A stretch of DNA of 15,740 nucleotides from assembly GCA_964252075.1 (NCBI GenBank), contig CAXULY010000073.1, positions 1 through 15,740 on the forward strand, read 5' to 3'. The translations under genes and the position numbers were made by a program. This DNA comes from an uncultured Deinococcaceae bacterium (GTDB taxonomy: Bacteria > Deinococcota > Deinococci > Deinococcales > Deinococcaceae). Below are positions 1-7,462 of this stretch, piece after piece; within the stretch, counting starts at the first letter, position 1; each line of letters begins with the position of its first letter. The notes below the pieces were generated by a model, which worked only from the letters and a program-made list of their open reading frames with translations, did not search any database and had not been told where the DNA came from.

Positions 1-117
1 CAACTCTGGAGTCCCTAAAGACCGGTTGCACCCCCCTGTCGGCGGGTCCCCTCTCAAGCTTTCACTTCCGACTTGTCATGCGACCCGCGCTTTCGCGCTC
101 ACCCGTTCTTTCGGGCG
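1..117 (-). other. Structured non-coding 5' leader, possibly of an rRNA or ribosomal-protein transcript (partial)
   Basis: Lies directly downstream of the strong promoter. Two small hairpins: CGCCCG-AAAGAA-CGGGUG (117-100) and GCGC-GAAA-GCGC (98-87, GNRA loop). The ATG at 79 stops after 5 codons. The downstream gene is not in the window. Confidence 0.4.
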
Positions 118-123
118 AAAAGA

Positions 124-152
124 AGAATAGCTCGTGGCCCCAGGTCTGTCAA
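124..152 (-). promoter_or_regulatory. Near-consensus sigma-A promoter reading leftwards out of the window
   Basis: Minus strand TTGACA (152-147), 17-bp spacer, TATTCT (129-124). Confidence 0.8.
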
Positions 153-171
153 CACCCGCCGGAGAGCCCCA

Positions 172-2010
172 TCAGCCACCCAGGTTCGGCAGGCCATACA
201 GGTGCCACAGCGCGTCCACACGGGACACCACTTCCGGTGACATGGTGATCTTCTGCGGCCACTCACGCACGAAGCCTTCCTCCGGAAGCTTGCGGGTGCC
301 ATCCCAGACGAGCAGCGGTCCTGACACCCGCACGTCGCGTTCCGCGTCGATGTTGTTCAGCACGGTCCACCAGACGTCCTGCAGGTCATGGATGTCCGCC
401 TGCTCATCCACGAGCAGCAGGTGCCGCACGCCGCGCGCGGCGCGGTGTTCTGCCAGCCCCCGTGCGAGTTCCTGTGCCTGGAAGGGCTGCGTCTTCTTCA
501 CGCGCACCACCCAGTAGCCGTCCTCCGTCTGGCGCTGGTCCAGCACGCCGGGCGCGGCGGGCAGGTCTGTGGTGGGGACCGGCATGAAACTGAGGGCGCT
601 GTCCGGCTCGCCCTGATCCGCGCGCGAGCTGAGCGCTTCTCCGCGCTCCTCAGGGAGCTTGGTCGTCGCGTCGATGATGAGCTTCCCGCCGTAACTCCAC
701 GCGCGGCTGGAGTGATCCAGCACATCGGCGGGCCCGCGCGTGGTGAGGGTGTCCCGACCCGGAATGGCGCGGCGCACCACCTCACGCCACACCCCCTCGA
801 AGTCCGTGACGTTCACGCCGTCATCCACCACCACAACCACCTTCGCGAACATCATCTGCCCGAGACCCAGCAGGCCCTGCGCGGCCTTGTACGCGTGGCC
901 CGGGTACTGCTTGCGGATGCTCACGAACACGAGGTTGTGCGCGACGCCCGCGGGCGGCATGTGGTAATCCGTGATTTCCGGCAGGATGAGTTGCGCGGCA
1001 GGCAGGAACAGCCGCTCGGACGCCTCAATGAGGTACGCGTCCTCCATGGGGGGGCGCCCCACGATGGTCGCCGGGTAGATGGGGTTGCGCCGCATGGTGA
1101 TGGCCGTGACGTGGAAGCGCGGGTACAGGTCCTGCAGCGTGTAGAAGCCCGTGTGGTCCCCGAACGGCCCCTCCGGCTGCCAGTCCTCCTGCGGGTCCAC
1201 GTAGCCCTCCAGAATGAACTCCGCGTTGGCGGGCACATCGAGGTCCACGGTGACGCCGCGGGTGACGGGGTACCGCTGCCCGCGCAGGTACCCCGCGAGG
1301 GCGAACTCGTCAAGGCCCGGCACGGGCGGCAGGGGCGCCGTGGCGGCGTAGATGAGGGCCGGGTCGCCACCCAGCGCCACCGCGACGGGCAGCTTCTGCC
1401 CGAGGCGGCGCGCCTTTTCCAGGTGCCGCGCGCCCGTTTTGTGCCGCTGCCAGTGCATGCCCGTTTCATTCGGACCCATGACCTGCATGCGGTACATGCC
1501 CATGTTGCGTTCGCCCGTCTCCGGGTCGCGCGTGATGACGAGCGGCAGCGTCACGAAAGGACCGCCGTCCAGCGGCCAGCAGTGCAGCACCGGCAGCTTC
1601 CCGAGGTCCACGGCGTCCCCACGCCACACCACCTCCTGCACGGGCGCGCGCGTCACGCGGCGGGGCGGCAGGGCCGCGAGGTGCCGCAACTTCGGGACGT
1701 TCGACATCAGACCGGACAGGCCGTTGCCCGCCTTCAGGTCAATGAGGTCGCGCACCTTCACGGCGAGTGCGTCGAGGTCCGGCACGCCCAGCGCGAGCGC
1801 CATGCGTTCCCGCGTGCCCAGCAGGCCAATCGCGAGCGGGAAGGGACTGCCGCGCACCTGCTCGAACAGCAGGGCGGGGCCGCCGGCCTTCACCATGCGG
1901 TCGGCGATCTCGGTGATTTCCAGGTCGCGGCTCACGGGCACCGACACCCGCTGCAGTTCACCGCGCGCGTCCAAAAACTTCAGGAAGGCCCGCAGGTCGG
2001 GGAAAGCCAT
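172..2010 (-). CDS. ubiD: UbiD-family prFMN-dependent decarboxylase, long form (probably menaquinone/futalosine-pathway type), 612 aa
   Basis: Starts MAFPDLRAFLKFLDARGEL. Motifs EITEIADR, DGGPFVT, RNMGMYRMQ, EGPFGDHTGFY, GRPPMED. Start reset to ATG 2010 because TACACT lies 6 nt upstream and the ORF-track extension overlaps the HNH gene. Confidence 0.92.
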   Translation of the reverse strand: MAFPDLRAFLKFLDARGELQRVSVPVSRDLEITEIADRMVKAGGPALLFEQVRGSPFPLAIGLLGTRERMALALGVPDLDALAVKVRDLIDLKAGNGLSGLMSNVPKLRHLAALPPRRVTRAPVQEVVWRGDAVDLGKLPVLHCWPLDGGPFVTLPLVITRDPETGERNMGMYRMQVMGPNETGMHWQRHKTGARHLEKARRLGQKLPVAVALGGDPALIYAATAPLPPVPGLDEFALAGYLRGQRYPVTRGVTVDLDVPANAEFILEGYVDPQEDWQPEGPFGDHTGFYTLQDLYPRFHVTAITMRRNPIYPATIVGRPPMEDAYLIEASERLFLPAAQLILPEITDYHMPPAGVAHNLVFVSIRKQYPGHAYKAAQGLLGLGQMMFAKVVVVVDDGVNVTDFEGVWREVVRRAIPGRDTLTTRGPADVLDHSSRAWSYGGKLIIDATTKLPEERGEALSSRADQGEPDSALSFMPVPTTDLPAAPGVLDQRQTEDGYWVVRVKKTQPFQAQELARGLAEHRAARGVRHLLLVDEQADIHDLQDVWWTVLNNIDAERDVRVSGPLLVWDGTRKLPEEGFVREWPQKITMSPEVVSRVDALWHLYGLPNLGG

Positions 2011-2061
2011 GCGGGCAGTGTAGGTCGCACCGCGCGCGCACTTCAGAGGCATTCGTCCATT

Positions 2062-2102
2062 CGGGGTGGGAAGCGTGGGCTGGCACCCTCTCCCCCACCC
2101 CG
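2062..2102. terminator. Possible stem-loop downstream of the HNH gene
   Basis: CGGGGTGGG (2062-2070) / CCCACCCCG (2094-2102) inverted repeat just past the HNH stop. Large loop and no clear U-tract. Confidence 0.35.
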
Positions 2103-2107
2103 CGTGG

Positions 2108-2662
2108 TCAGCTGTGAATGTACTTCTCCCAGTCTCGGCGCCACTCGGCGTACTGCCCGTACGCGTACAGCCCGAAGGTCGGCGCGTGCGGCACAGCGTG
2201 CAGGTGCAGGCCCGCCTCCTCCAGCGTGCGGTTGCCCTTGCGCTGGTTGCACTCACGGCACGCCGCCACCACATTCTCCCAGGTGTGCCGCCCGCCGCGC
2301 GAACGCGGGTGCACGTGATCCAGCGTGAGGTCGTCGTGCGAACCGCAGTACTGACAGGTATAAAAATCGCGGCGCAACACGTTGCGCCGGTTAAAGGGAA
2401 TCGGGTGGCGGCGCGGCCGCCGCACATACCGACGGAGCCGAATCACGCTGGGCACCTGCAGGGTGGTGCTGGGCGAGCGCACCACGTCGGCGCTCTCCTC
2501 CAGCACCTCCGCGATGCCGTACTGCACCAGCGTGATGGCGCGCTTGGCGGACGTCACGTGCAGGGGCTCATACGACGCGTTGAGCACCAGCACACGCGGA
2601 GCGTTGAGGTTGGTCGCCACCGCAATGCCGTTGGCGCCCACACTGGCCATTTGCCCGGTCAC
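2108..2662 (-). CDS. HNH endonuclease family protein (McrA-like, stand-alone)
   Basis: VLVLNASYEPL N-terminus, PSVIRL, CQYCG and CRECN zinc pairs, TLDHVHPRSRGG...WENVV...NQRKGN HNH core. TAAGAT lies 6 nt before GTG 2662; alternative start ATG 2650. Confidence 0.92.
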   Translation of the reverse strand: MTGQMASVGANGIAVATNLNAPRVLVLNASYEPLHVTSAKRAITLVQYGIAEVLEESADVVRSPSTTLQVPSVIRLRRYVRRPRRHPIPFNRRNVLRRDFYTCQYCGSHDDLTLDHVHPRSRGGRHTWENVVAACRECNQRKGNRTLEEAGLHLHAVPHAPTFGLYAYGQYAEWRRDWEKYIHS

Positions 2663-2734
2663 ACCCTCATCTTAACGGGAAAGCCGTCAAGGAAGTGTTC
2701 TGCAAGACAGCTTGGTGCGCCTGCGCCGCCTGGC

Positions 2735-3391
2735 CTAGCTGGCCTTGAGTGCGAGCGCGACGAAACCGCGCACGCCGTCCGCGACGTACTGCACCGCGAG
2801 GGCGCCCAGCAGCACCCCCAGCACGCGCGTCACGACGTTCACGCCGGTCAGGCCGATCACGCGCGCGATCTGCCCCGAGAGGCGCAGGGCGAAGTAACAC
2901 AGGGCGAGCACGAGCAACGTCACGCCCAGCACCACCGCGAGGTTCAGGGCGCGCCCGTGCGCGTCACTCGCGAGGATCATCACGCTCGCAAGCGTGCCGG
3001 GACCCGCGATCAGCGGAATGGCGATCGGGAAGACGCTGATGTCCTGGCGTTCCTGCGCCTCGCGCTCCTCGGCGGCCGTCTCGCGGCTGCCGCTCGTGCG
3101 CGCGAAGACCATGTCCAGCGCGATCAGGAACAGCAGGATGCCGCCCGCCACGCGAAACGCGTCCAGGCTGATGCCCAAGCGTTCCAGCAGCGGGCGACCC
3201 ACCAGACCGAACAGCAAGATAATGGCGCCCGCCACCAGCACCGCCTTGACGGCGATGGCGCGCCGCTCGAAGGTCGGGCGGTTGCCCGCCAGCCCAATGA
3301 AGATCGGGGCGAGGCCCACGGGGTCCATCACGACCAGCATGGTCAGGAAGGTGGCGTACCCGGTGCGAAAGAGGTCAGCGTCCACAGCCAC
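2735..3391 (-). CDS. marC: MarC family integral membrane protein
   Basis: [68 protein letters not shown] lies 6 nt before the GTG. Confidence 0.93.
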   Translation of the reverse strand: MAVDADLFRTGYATFLTMLVVMDPVGLAPIFIGLAGNRPTFERRAIAVKAVLVAGAIILLFGLVGRPLLERLGISLDAFRVAGGILLFLIALDMVFARTSGSRETAAEEREAQERQDISVFPIAIPLIAGPGTLASVMILASDAHGRALNLAVVLGVTLLVLALCYFALRLSGQIARVIGLTGVNVVTRVLGVLLGALAVQYVADGVRGFVALALKAS

Positions 3392-3416
3392 GCGGTTAGT
3401 GTAGTGCCTGACCCAC

Positions 3417-3449
3417 GGCGCGCCCCTCCACAGCCTGCAGGGGCGCGCC
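3417..3449. terminator. GC-rich hairpin downstream of the small membrane protein gene
   Basis: GGCGCGCCCCT (3417-3427) / AGGGGCGCGCC (3439-3449): perfect 11-bp stem, 11-nt loop. Confidence 0.55.
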
Positions 3450-3463
3450 GCAGGTCCCGGCGG

Positions 3464-3619
3464 TCAGTCGCGCTGCGTCACGCCGTACGCGGCGCCCGCG
3501 AACATCAGGATCACCAGGAACACGTAGATCTGCGGGTTGGCCTCTGCCTGCCCGCGCGCGAGCCACAGCAGCAGGGTCAGGAGGGCGAAAATGGCCAGAC
3601 GGGGAAGGTAGTACCGCAC
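3464..3619 (-). CDS. Small hypothetical membrane protein, 51 aa (not in ORF track)
   Basis: Hand translation MRYYLPRLAIFALLTLLLWLARGQAEANPQIYVFLVILMFAGAAYGVTQRD*. Two hydrophobic segments, GC-rich third positions, TACATT 6 nt before GTG, hairpin after the stop. Confidence 0.75.
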   Translation of the reverse strand: MRYYLPRLAIFALLTLLLWLARGQAEANPQIYVFLVILMFAGAAYGVTQRD

Positions 3620-3724
3620 CCCTCAAATGTAAAGGCTCCTTCATGAAAACAAAGCGAAAATGTGTGGTGGTTGGCCGGTCAGCTGACGCGCCCATCAACA
3701 ACGCGTGCTTCCCTGAGGTCGATT

Positions 3725-3955
3725 ATGGCCGTCCTGTCCCTCGCCGACGAGCAGCTGCTCGACATGCAGCTGGTGAGCCACGACCTGTGGCTCGAACTGC
3801 ACCCCGACCTCGACACCCCCAGCGTGGGCGACCTCATCGAAACCAGCCGCTACGGACGCTGGCGGGTCGTGCAGGCGCCCGGACTCACCGGACCGCACGG
3901 GGGCATTCAGGTGACGGTGGAGTCCGCCGGGGATCAAGGCACCGCCGCGCCGTAA
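3725..3955 (+). CDS. Hypothetical protein, 76 aa
   Basis: MAVLSLADEQLLDMQLVSHDLW... with GAGG upstream of ATG 3725 and typical high-GC3 codons. The ORF-track extension to 3662 looks non-coding. Confidence 0.65.
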   Translation: MAVLSLADEQLLDMQLVSHDLWLELHPDLDTPSVGDLIETSRYGRWRVVQAPGLTGPHGGIQVTVESAGDQGTAAP

Positions 3956-4030
3956 CAGACTTGCAACCCTGGTGGCTCGGACTGCCTGTGGCGTGCGGGA
4001 CGCTATGAAACACAGCGACCAGCAGGCCCG

Positions 4031-4528
4031 TCAGCCATCCAGCCGGAAGAGCCCCTCCACCACGTCCTCGCCTCGCCCGGCGGCGAAGTCACGCTCCCGC
4101 CCGTACTCGATGAAGCCGCACTTCGTCAGCACACGCTGCGAAGCGACATTGTCCGCCACCACGCGCGCATGCAGGGGCCGCTGCGTCTCCAGCTGGAAGA
4201 GCTGACGCAGCGCGGCCGTCGCCACGCCACGCCCCCAGCATGCCCGGTCCAGCCAGTACGTCACCTCGCGGTCCCCCTCACGGTCGAAGGCCCCGAGGTG
4301 CCCCACCACCTCCCCACCGACCAGGACCGTGAGGACCAGCGTCCCGGCGTCGCCGCGAATCCGCTGCCAGTGACGGTCGAAGGCCGCGCGGTCGTACGGG
4401 TCCTCCGGAACGAAGGCCGCCAGGTGCCGCGCCACCTCGTCCTGCCCAAAGAGGAAAAAGGCATCAAGATCGGCATCGTGAACCCCTCGGAGTGTGACGT
4501 CCGACGTGGCCGTCTGGCGTTCCCCCAT
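4031..4528 (-). CDS. GNAT family N-acetyltransferase (RimJ/RimL-like)
   Basis: EVTYWLDRACWGRGVAT acetyl-CoA motif and NVASQRVLTKCGF. Confidence 0.9.
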   Translation of the reverse strand: MGERQTATSDVTLRGVHDADLDAFFLFGQDEVARHLAAFVPEDPYDRAAFDRHWQRIRGDAGTLVLTVLVGGEVVGHLGAFDREGDREVTYWLDRACWGRGVATAALRQLFQLETQRPLHARVVADNVASQRVLTKCGFIEYGRERDFAAGRGEDVVEGLFRLDG

Positions 4529-4741
4529 GGACCTAACCTTCCCTTTCCCCGTGTGACGATGGCGATTTTGTCAATCATACACACCATTACGCACGTGAAG
4601 GAGCGACGTGACTGCGGCACTTCTAAATAGGCATAAACGCACGCTGGCCGATCACAGCGCCCCGACTCGCGCCAGGCGGAGACCCATACAGGGCGTTTAC
4701 GCTTTAACGCTGCGGTGACGCCCCGGCTGCTAGCTTGACGC

Positions 4742-5017
4742 ATGCAGGCTCGGGTGCGGCGGGTGGAGATTGGAACGAAAACGTGGAGCGTCTGGACGGT
4801 GAACGACTTCGAGGTGCCGGGCGGACCGGCCGTCGCGACCGCCATCACGTGGGACCTGCCCCTGCGGCGCACCCCGCACGGCCACATGTGGGCGACCTTC
4901 GACGCGTCCTCCGACACCCTCGTGATGTGGCTGGAGCCGGACGAGGCGCCGACCGCCACCGACGAGGACCGGTACGCCGCCCTGACGGGCGCGTGGCCGA
5001 CCGCCGGGCTTTCATAA
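4742..5017 (+). CDS. Hypothetical protein, 91 aa, Trp-rich
   Basis: MQARVRRVEIGTKTWSVW... with TAGCTT 5 nt before the ATG and high-GC3 codon pattern. Confidence 0.65.
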   Translation: MQARVRRVEIGTKTWSVWTVNDFEVPGGPAVATAITWDLPLRRTPHGHMWATFDASSDTLVMWLEPDEAPTATDEDRYAALTGAWPTAGLS

Positions 5018-5116
5018 AGGTTCGCGCAGGCTGAGCTTTCGGGCCGGTCAAGGACGCCTAAGCACCTCAACAGCGAACGCCCATGTCCGCCGAAGAGCGG
5101 CTGATTAAGGTGAGTC

Positions 5117-5434
5117 ATGACTGCCACCCCCACCCGACAGGTGTTCCGGCCCGCCCAGCAGGGCCTCACGGCGTCCGCCCGCGCTCAGGAGGAAACGGTC
5201 GCGCTGCCCTCCGCGCCCAGGACCGCGAGCGGCCTGCTGGTGGGGTTGTTCGGGCTGGTGCTGGCCTTCGCGGCGCTGCCCCTCGCGCTGAGCCAGCCGC
5301 TGAGCGCCGTGCTGCTGCTGCTCGCGGGGGTGGCGGTGCTGCTCGCGCTGTTCCTGTGGCGCCCGCAGGCCGCGCCGGACGACGCACAGGACCCGCTGGT
5401 GCTGGTGGACCGCCACGACGGCTGGCTGGACTGA
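5117..5434 (+). CDS. Hypothetical membrane protein, 105 aa, two predicted TM helices
   Basis: GLLVGLFGLVLAFAALPLAL and AVLLLLAGVAVLLALFLW. TAAGGT lies 5 nt before the ATG. Confidence 0.75.
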   Translation: MTATPTRQVFRPAQQGLTASARAQEETVALPSAPRTASGLLVGLFGLVLAFAALPLALSQPLSAVLLLLAGVAVLLALFLWRPQAAPDDAQDPLVLVDRHDGWLD

Positions 5435-5462
5435 GCGGGGCGCGAGGCCCCGCCCCGCTCAG
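5431..5462. terminator. Hairpin between convergent genes, probable bidirectional terminator
   Basis: CTGAGCGGGGCG (5431-5442) / CGCCCCGCTCAG (5451-5462): perfect 12-bp stem that includes both stop codons. Confidence 0.65.
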
Positions 5463-6436
5463 GCGTTGGCGTCCCGCTCGCGCCGCGTGAGGCGGCTCTG
5501 CAGCACCACCACCAGCAGCAGGAAGGCCCCCCGGATGACGCTCTGCCAGTACGAAGAGAGCGAGATGACGCCCAGGCCGTTCTCGAAGTTCAGCATGTTC
5601 AGGATGAGGCCGAGCAGCATGGCGCCGCCCAGGGTGGCCCACACGCTGCCGACGCCGCCCGTGAGGAGCGTGCCGCCCACCACCACGCTGGAGATCGCGG
5701 AGAGTTCGTACCCGACGCCCTCCACGGGCTGGCCCGCGCCGGACTGCGACGCCAGGATGAGGCCCGCGAGGCCCGCGAGCGCGCCGGACAGCACGTACAC
5801 GCTCATCTTCACGCGGTTCACGTTCAGGCCCATGAGTTTGCTGGCGTCCTCGCCGCCGCCCACCGCGAGGGCGTGACGACCGAAACGCGTGAAGGACAGC
5901 GCGACGCCGCCCAGCACGAACGCCACCACCATAATGATGATGGGAATCCATTTGTTCTGGCCGAGGTCCACGAGGTGGCTGTCCACCGCGACGGTGTGGT
6001 TCCCGGACACCAAGAGCGCAAGCCCGCGCGCGCCGAGCAGCGTGGCGAGCGTCGTGATGAACGGCTGGATGCGCAGCTGCGTGATGACGAGCCCGTTGAT
6101 GACGCCAATCGCGGCGCCCGCCAGGATCGCGCCGAGCAGTGCGGGCAGCACGCCGTACGGGCTGAGGAGCGCGCCGACCACGCTCGCGAAGGCCACCACG
6201 CTGCCCACCGACAGGTCAATGCCGCCCGTGATGATCACGAAGCACATGCCGAGCGCGATGAGGGCGTACGTGGCGTTGCTCTGCAGCACCGACAGCAGGT
6301 TGTAGGAACCCAGGAAGTTCAGCTCGTGGTAGCGCACGCCGCCGAACACCAGGAGCGCCACGAGGGCGATCAGCACGACGTACTGGCTGATGCGGGCCAG
6401 CACGCGGCTGGGGGTGCGGACGCGGGGTGAGAGCAC
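5459..6436 (-). CDS. Sugar ABC transporter permease (RbsC/YjfF-like)
   Basis: GMCFVIITGGIDLSVGS, IQPFITTLA, TRFGRHALAVGG, YELSAISSVVVGGTLLTGG. AAGGAG upstream. Confidence 0.93.
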   Translation of the reverse strand: MLSPRVRTPSRVLARISQYVVLIALVALLVFGGVRYHELNFLGSYNLLSVLQSNATYALIALGMCFVIITGGIDLSVGSVVAFASVVGALLSPYGVLPALLGAILAGAAIGVINGLVITQLRIQPFITTLATLLGARGLALLVSGNHTVAVDSHLVDLGQNKWIPIIIMVVAFVLGGVALSFTRFGRHALAVGGGEDASKLMGLNVNRVKMSVYVLSGALAGLAGLILASQSGAGQPVEGVGYELSAISSVVVGGTLLTGGVGSVWATLGGAMLLGLILNMLNFENGLGVISLSSYWQSVIRGAFLLLVVVLQSRLTRRERDANA

Positions 6437-6439
6437 GCT

Positions 6440-7462
6440 TTACTCCTTCCGGCGGCGCTGCTGGAGCGCCACCGCGGCGATGATGACGGCGGCCTTCACG
6501 ACCATGGCGGCGGCGTCCGGCACGCCCTTGGAGAGCAGCGTGTACCGGATGAGCTGGATGATGAGCGCGCCGAAGAAGGTGCCGAGCACCTGCGCGCGCC
6601 CGCCGCTCAGCAGGGTGCCGCCCACGGCGACCGCCGCGATGGCGTCGAGTTCCATGCCCTGCCCCACCTGGTTGGCGTCCGAGCTGGAGTTGATGGCGAC
6701 CACGATGAGGCCCGCGACGCCCGCCAGCAGGCCGCTGATGCCGTACACCAGCATCTTCACGCGCGCGACGGGCACGCCCGCGAGGCGCGAGGCGGTCTCG
6801 TTGCCGCCCACCGCGACGACGTAGCGCCCGAACACCGTGCGTTTCACGACCCAGTACGTGATCGCCACGATGATGAGCATCAGGATCACCTGGAAGGGAA
6901 TCCCGAGGGGCCGCCCCAGCCCGATGAAGCTGAAGCCATGTGAGGCGGAACTGGAGAAGCTCTGCAGCTGCCCGTTCGTCATGACTTGCGCGATGCCGCG
7001 CCCCGCGATGTACAGCACGAGGGTCGCGACGATGGGTTGCAGGCGCAACCGCGTCACAAACAGGCCGTTCAGGAAGCCGAAGCACAGGGTGACCAGCACC
7101 GGCAGCACGAAGGCGAGCGCCACACCGAGCGCCGGGCTGCCCTTGAAGGCGGAGTTCAGGAACAGCATGGGGGCGAGCGCGCCCGCAATCGCCATGAGGG
7201 AGCCCACGGAGAGGTCCACGCCGCCCGTCGCGATCACGAGGGTCATGCCCATCGCGACGATGATGATGGTCGCGACCTGCGTGAGGTTCACGTTCAGCGC
7301 CTGCACGCTCAGGAAGTTCGGGGTGAAGACCGCGTTGAAGAGCAGCAGCGCCGCCAGGATGATGAGGCTCGCGCGCACGTGCCGGAGGTCCGCGAGGAAC
7401 TCCCCGAAGCCGCTCGTGGGGCGCGCGGCGCGCGGCAGTTGGGGTCGCTGGACGCCGCTCAC
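6440..7462 (-). CDS. Sugar ABC transporter permease (RbsC/YtfT-like)
   Basis: GMTLVIATGGVDLSVGS, LQPIVATL, GGNETASRLAG, MELDAIAAVAVGGT. GTGA overlap with the ATPase stop. Confidence 0.93.
   Translation of the reverse strand: MSGVQRPQLPRAARPTSGFGEFLADLRHVRASLIILAALLLFNAVFTPNFLSVQALNVNLTQVATIIIVAMGMTLVIATGGVDLSVGSLMAIAGALAPMLFLNSAFKGSPALGVALAFVLPVLVTLCFGFLNGLFVTRLRLQPIVATLVLYIAGRGIAQVMTNGQLQSFSSSASHGFSFIGLGRPLGIPFQVILMLIIVAITYWVVKRTVFGRYVVAVGGNETASRLAGVPVARVKMLVYGISGLLAGVAGLIVVAINSSSDANQVGQGMELDAIAAVAVGGTLLSGGRAQVLGTFFGALIIQLIRYTLLSKGVPDAAAMVVKAAVIIAAVALQQRRRKE

Noticed and set aside
2011..2427. N-terminal extension of the 751-aa ORF (apparent UbiD fusion)
   Set aside because: It overlaps the HNH gene in another frame and has junk-like composition. 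UbiD similarity and a -10 box point to ATG 2010.
4031..4528. GNAT as the toxin of a toxin-antitoxin pair
   Set aside because: It is RimJ/RimL-like, with no co-oriented RHH-type antitoxin upstream.
4569..4574. Minus-strand TTGACA upstream of the GNAT gene
   Set aside because: No TANNNT -10 box at 16-18 bp spacing.
4620..4713. RDRM-like (DdrO box) half-sites: ...AGGCATAA near 4629-4636 and TTACGC... near 4697
   Set aside because: Each matches only one half of the 17-bp palindrome at the right spacing.
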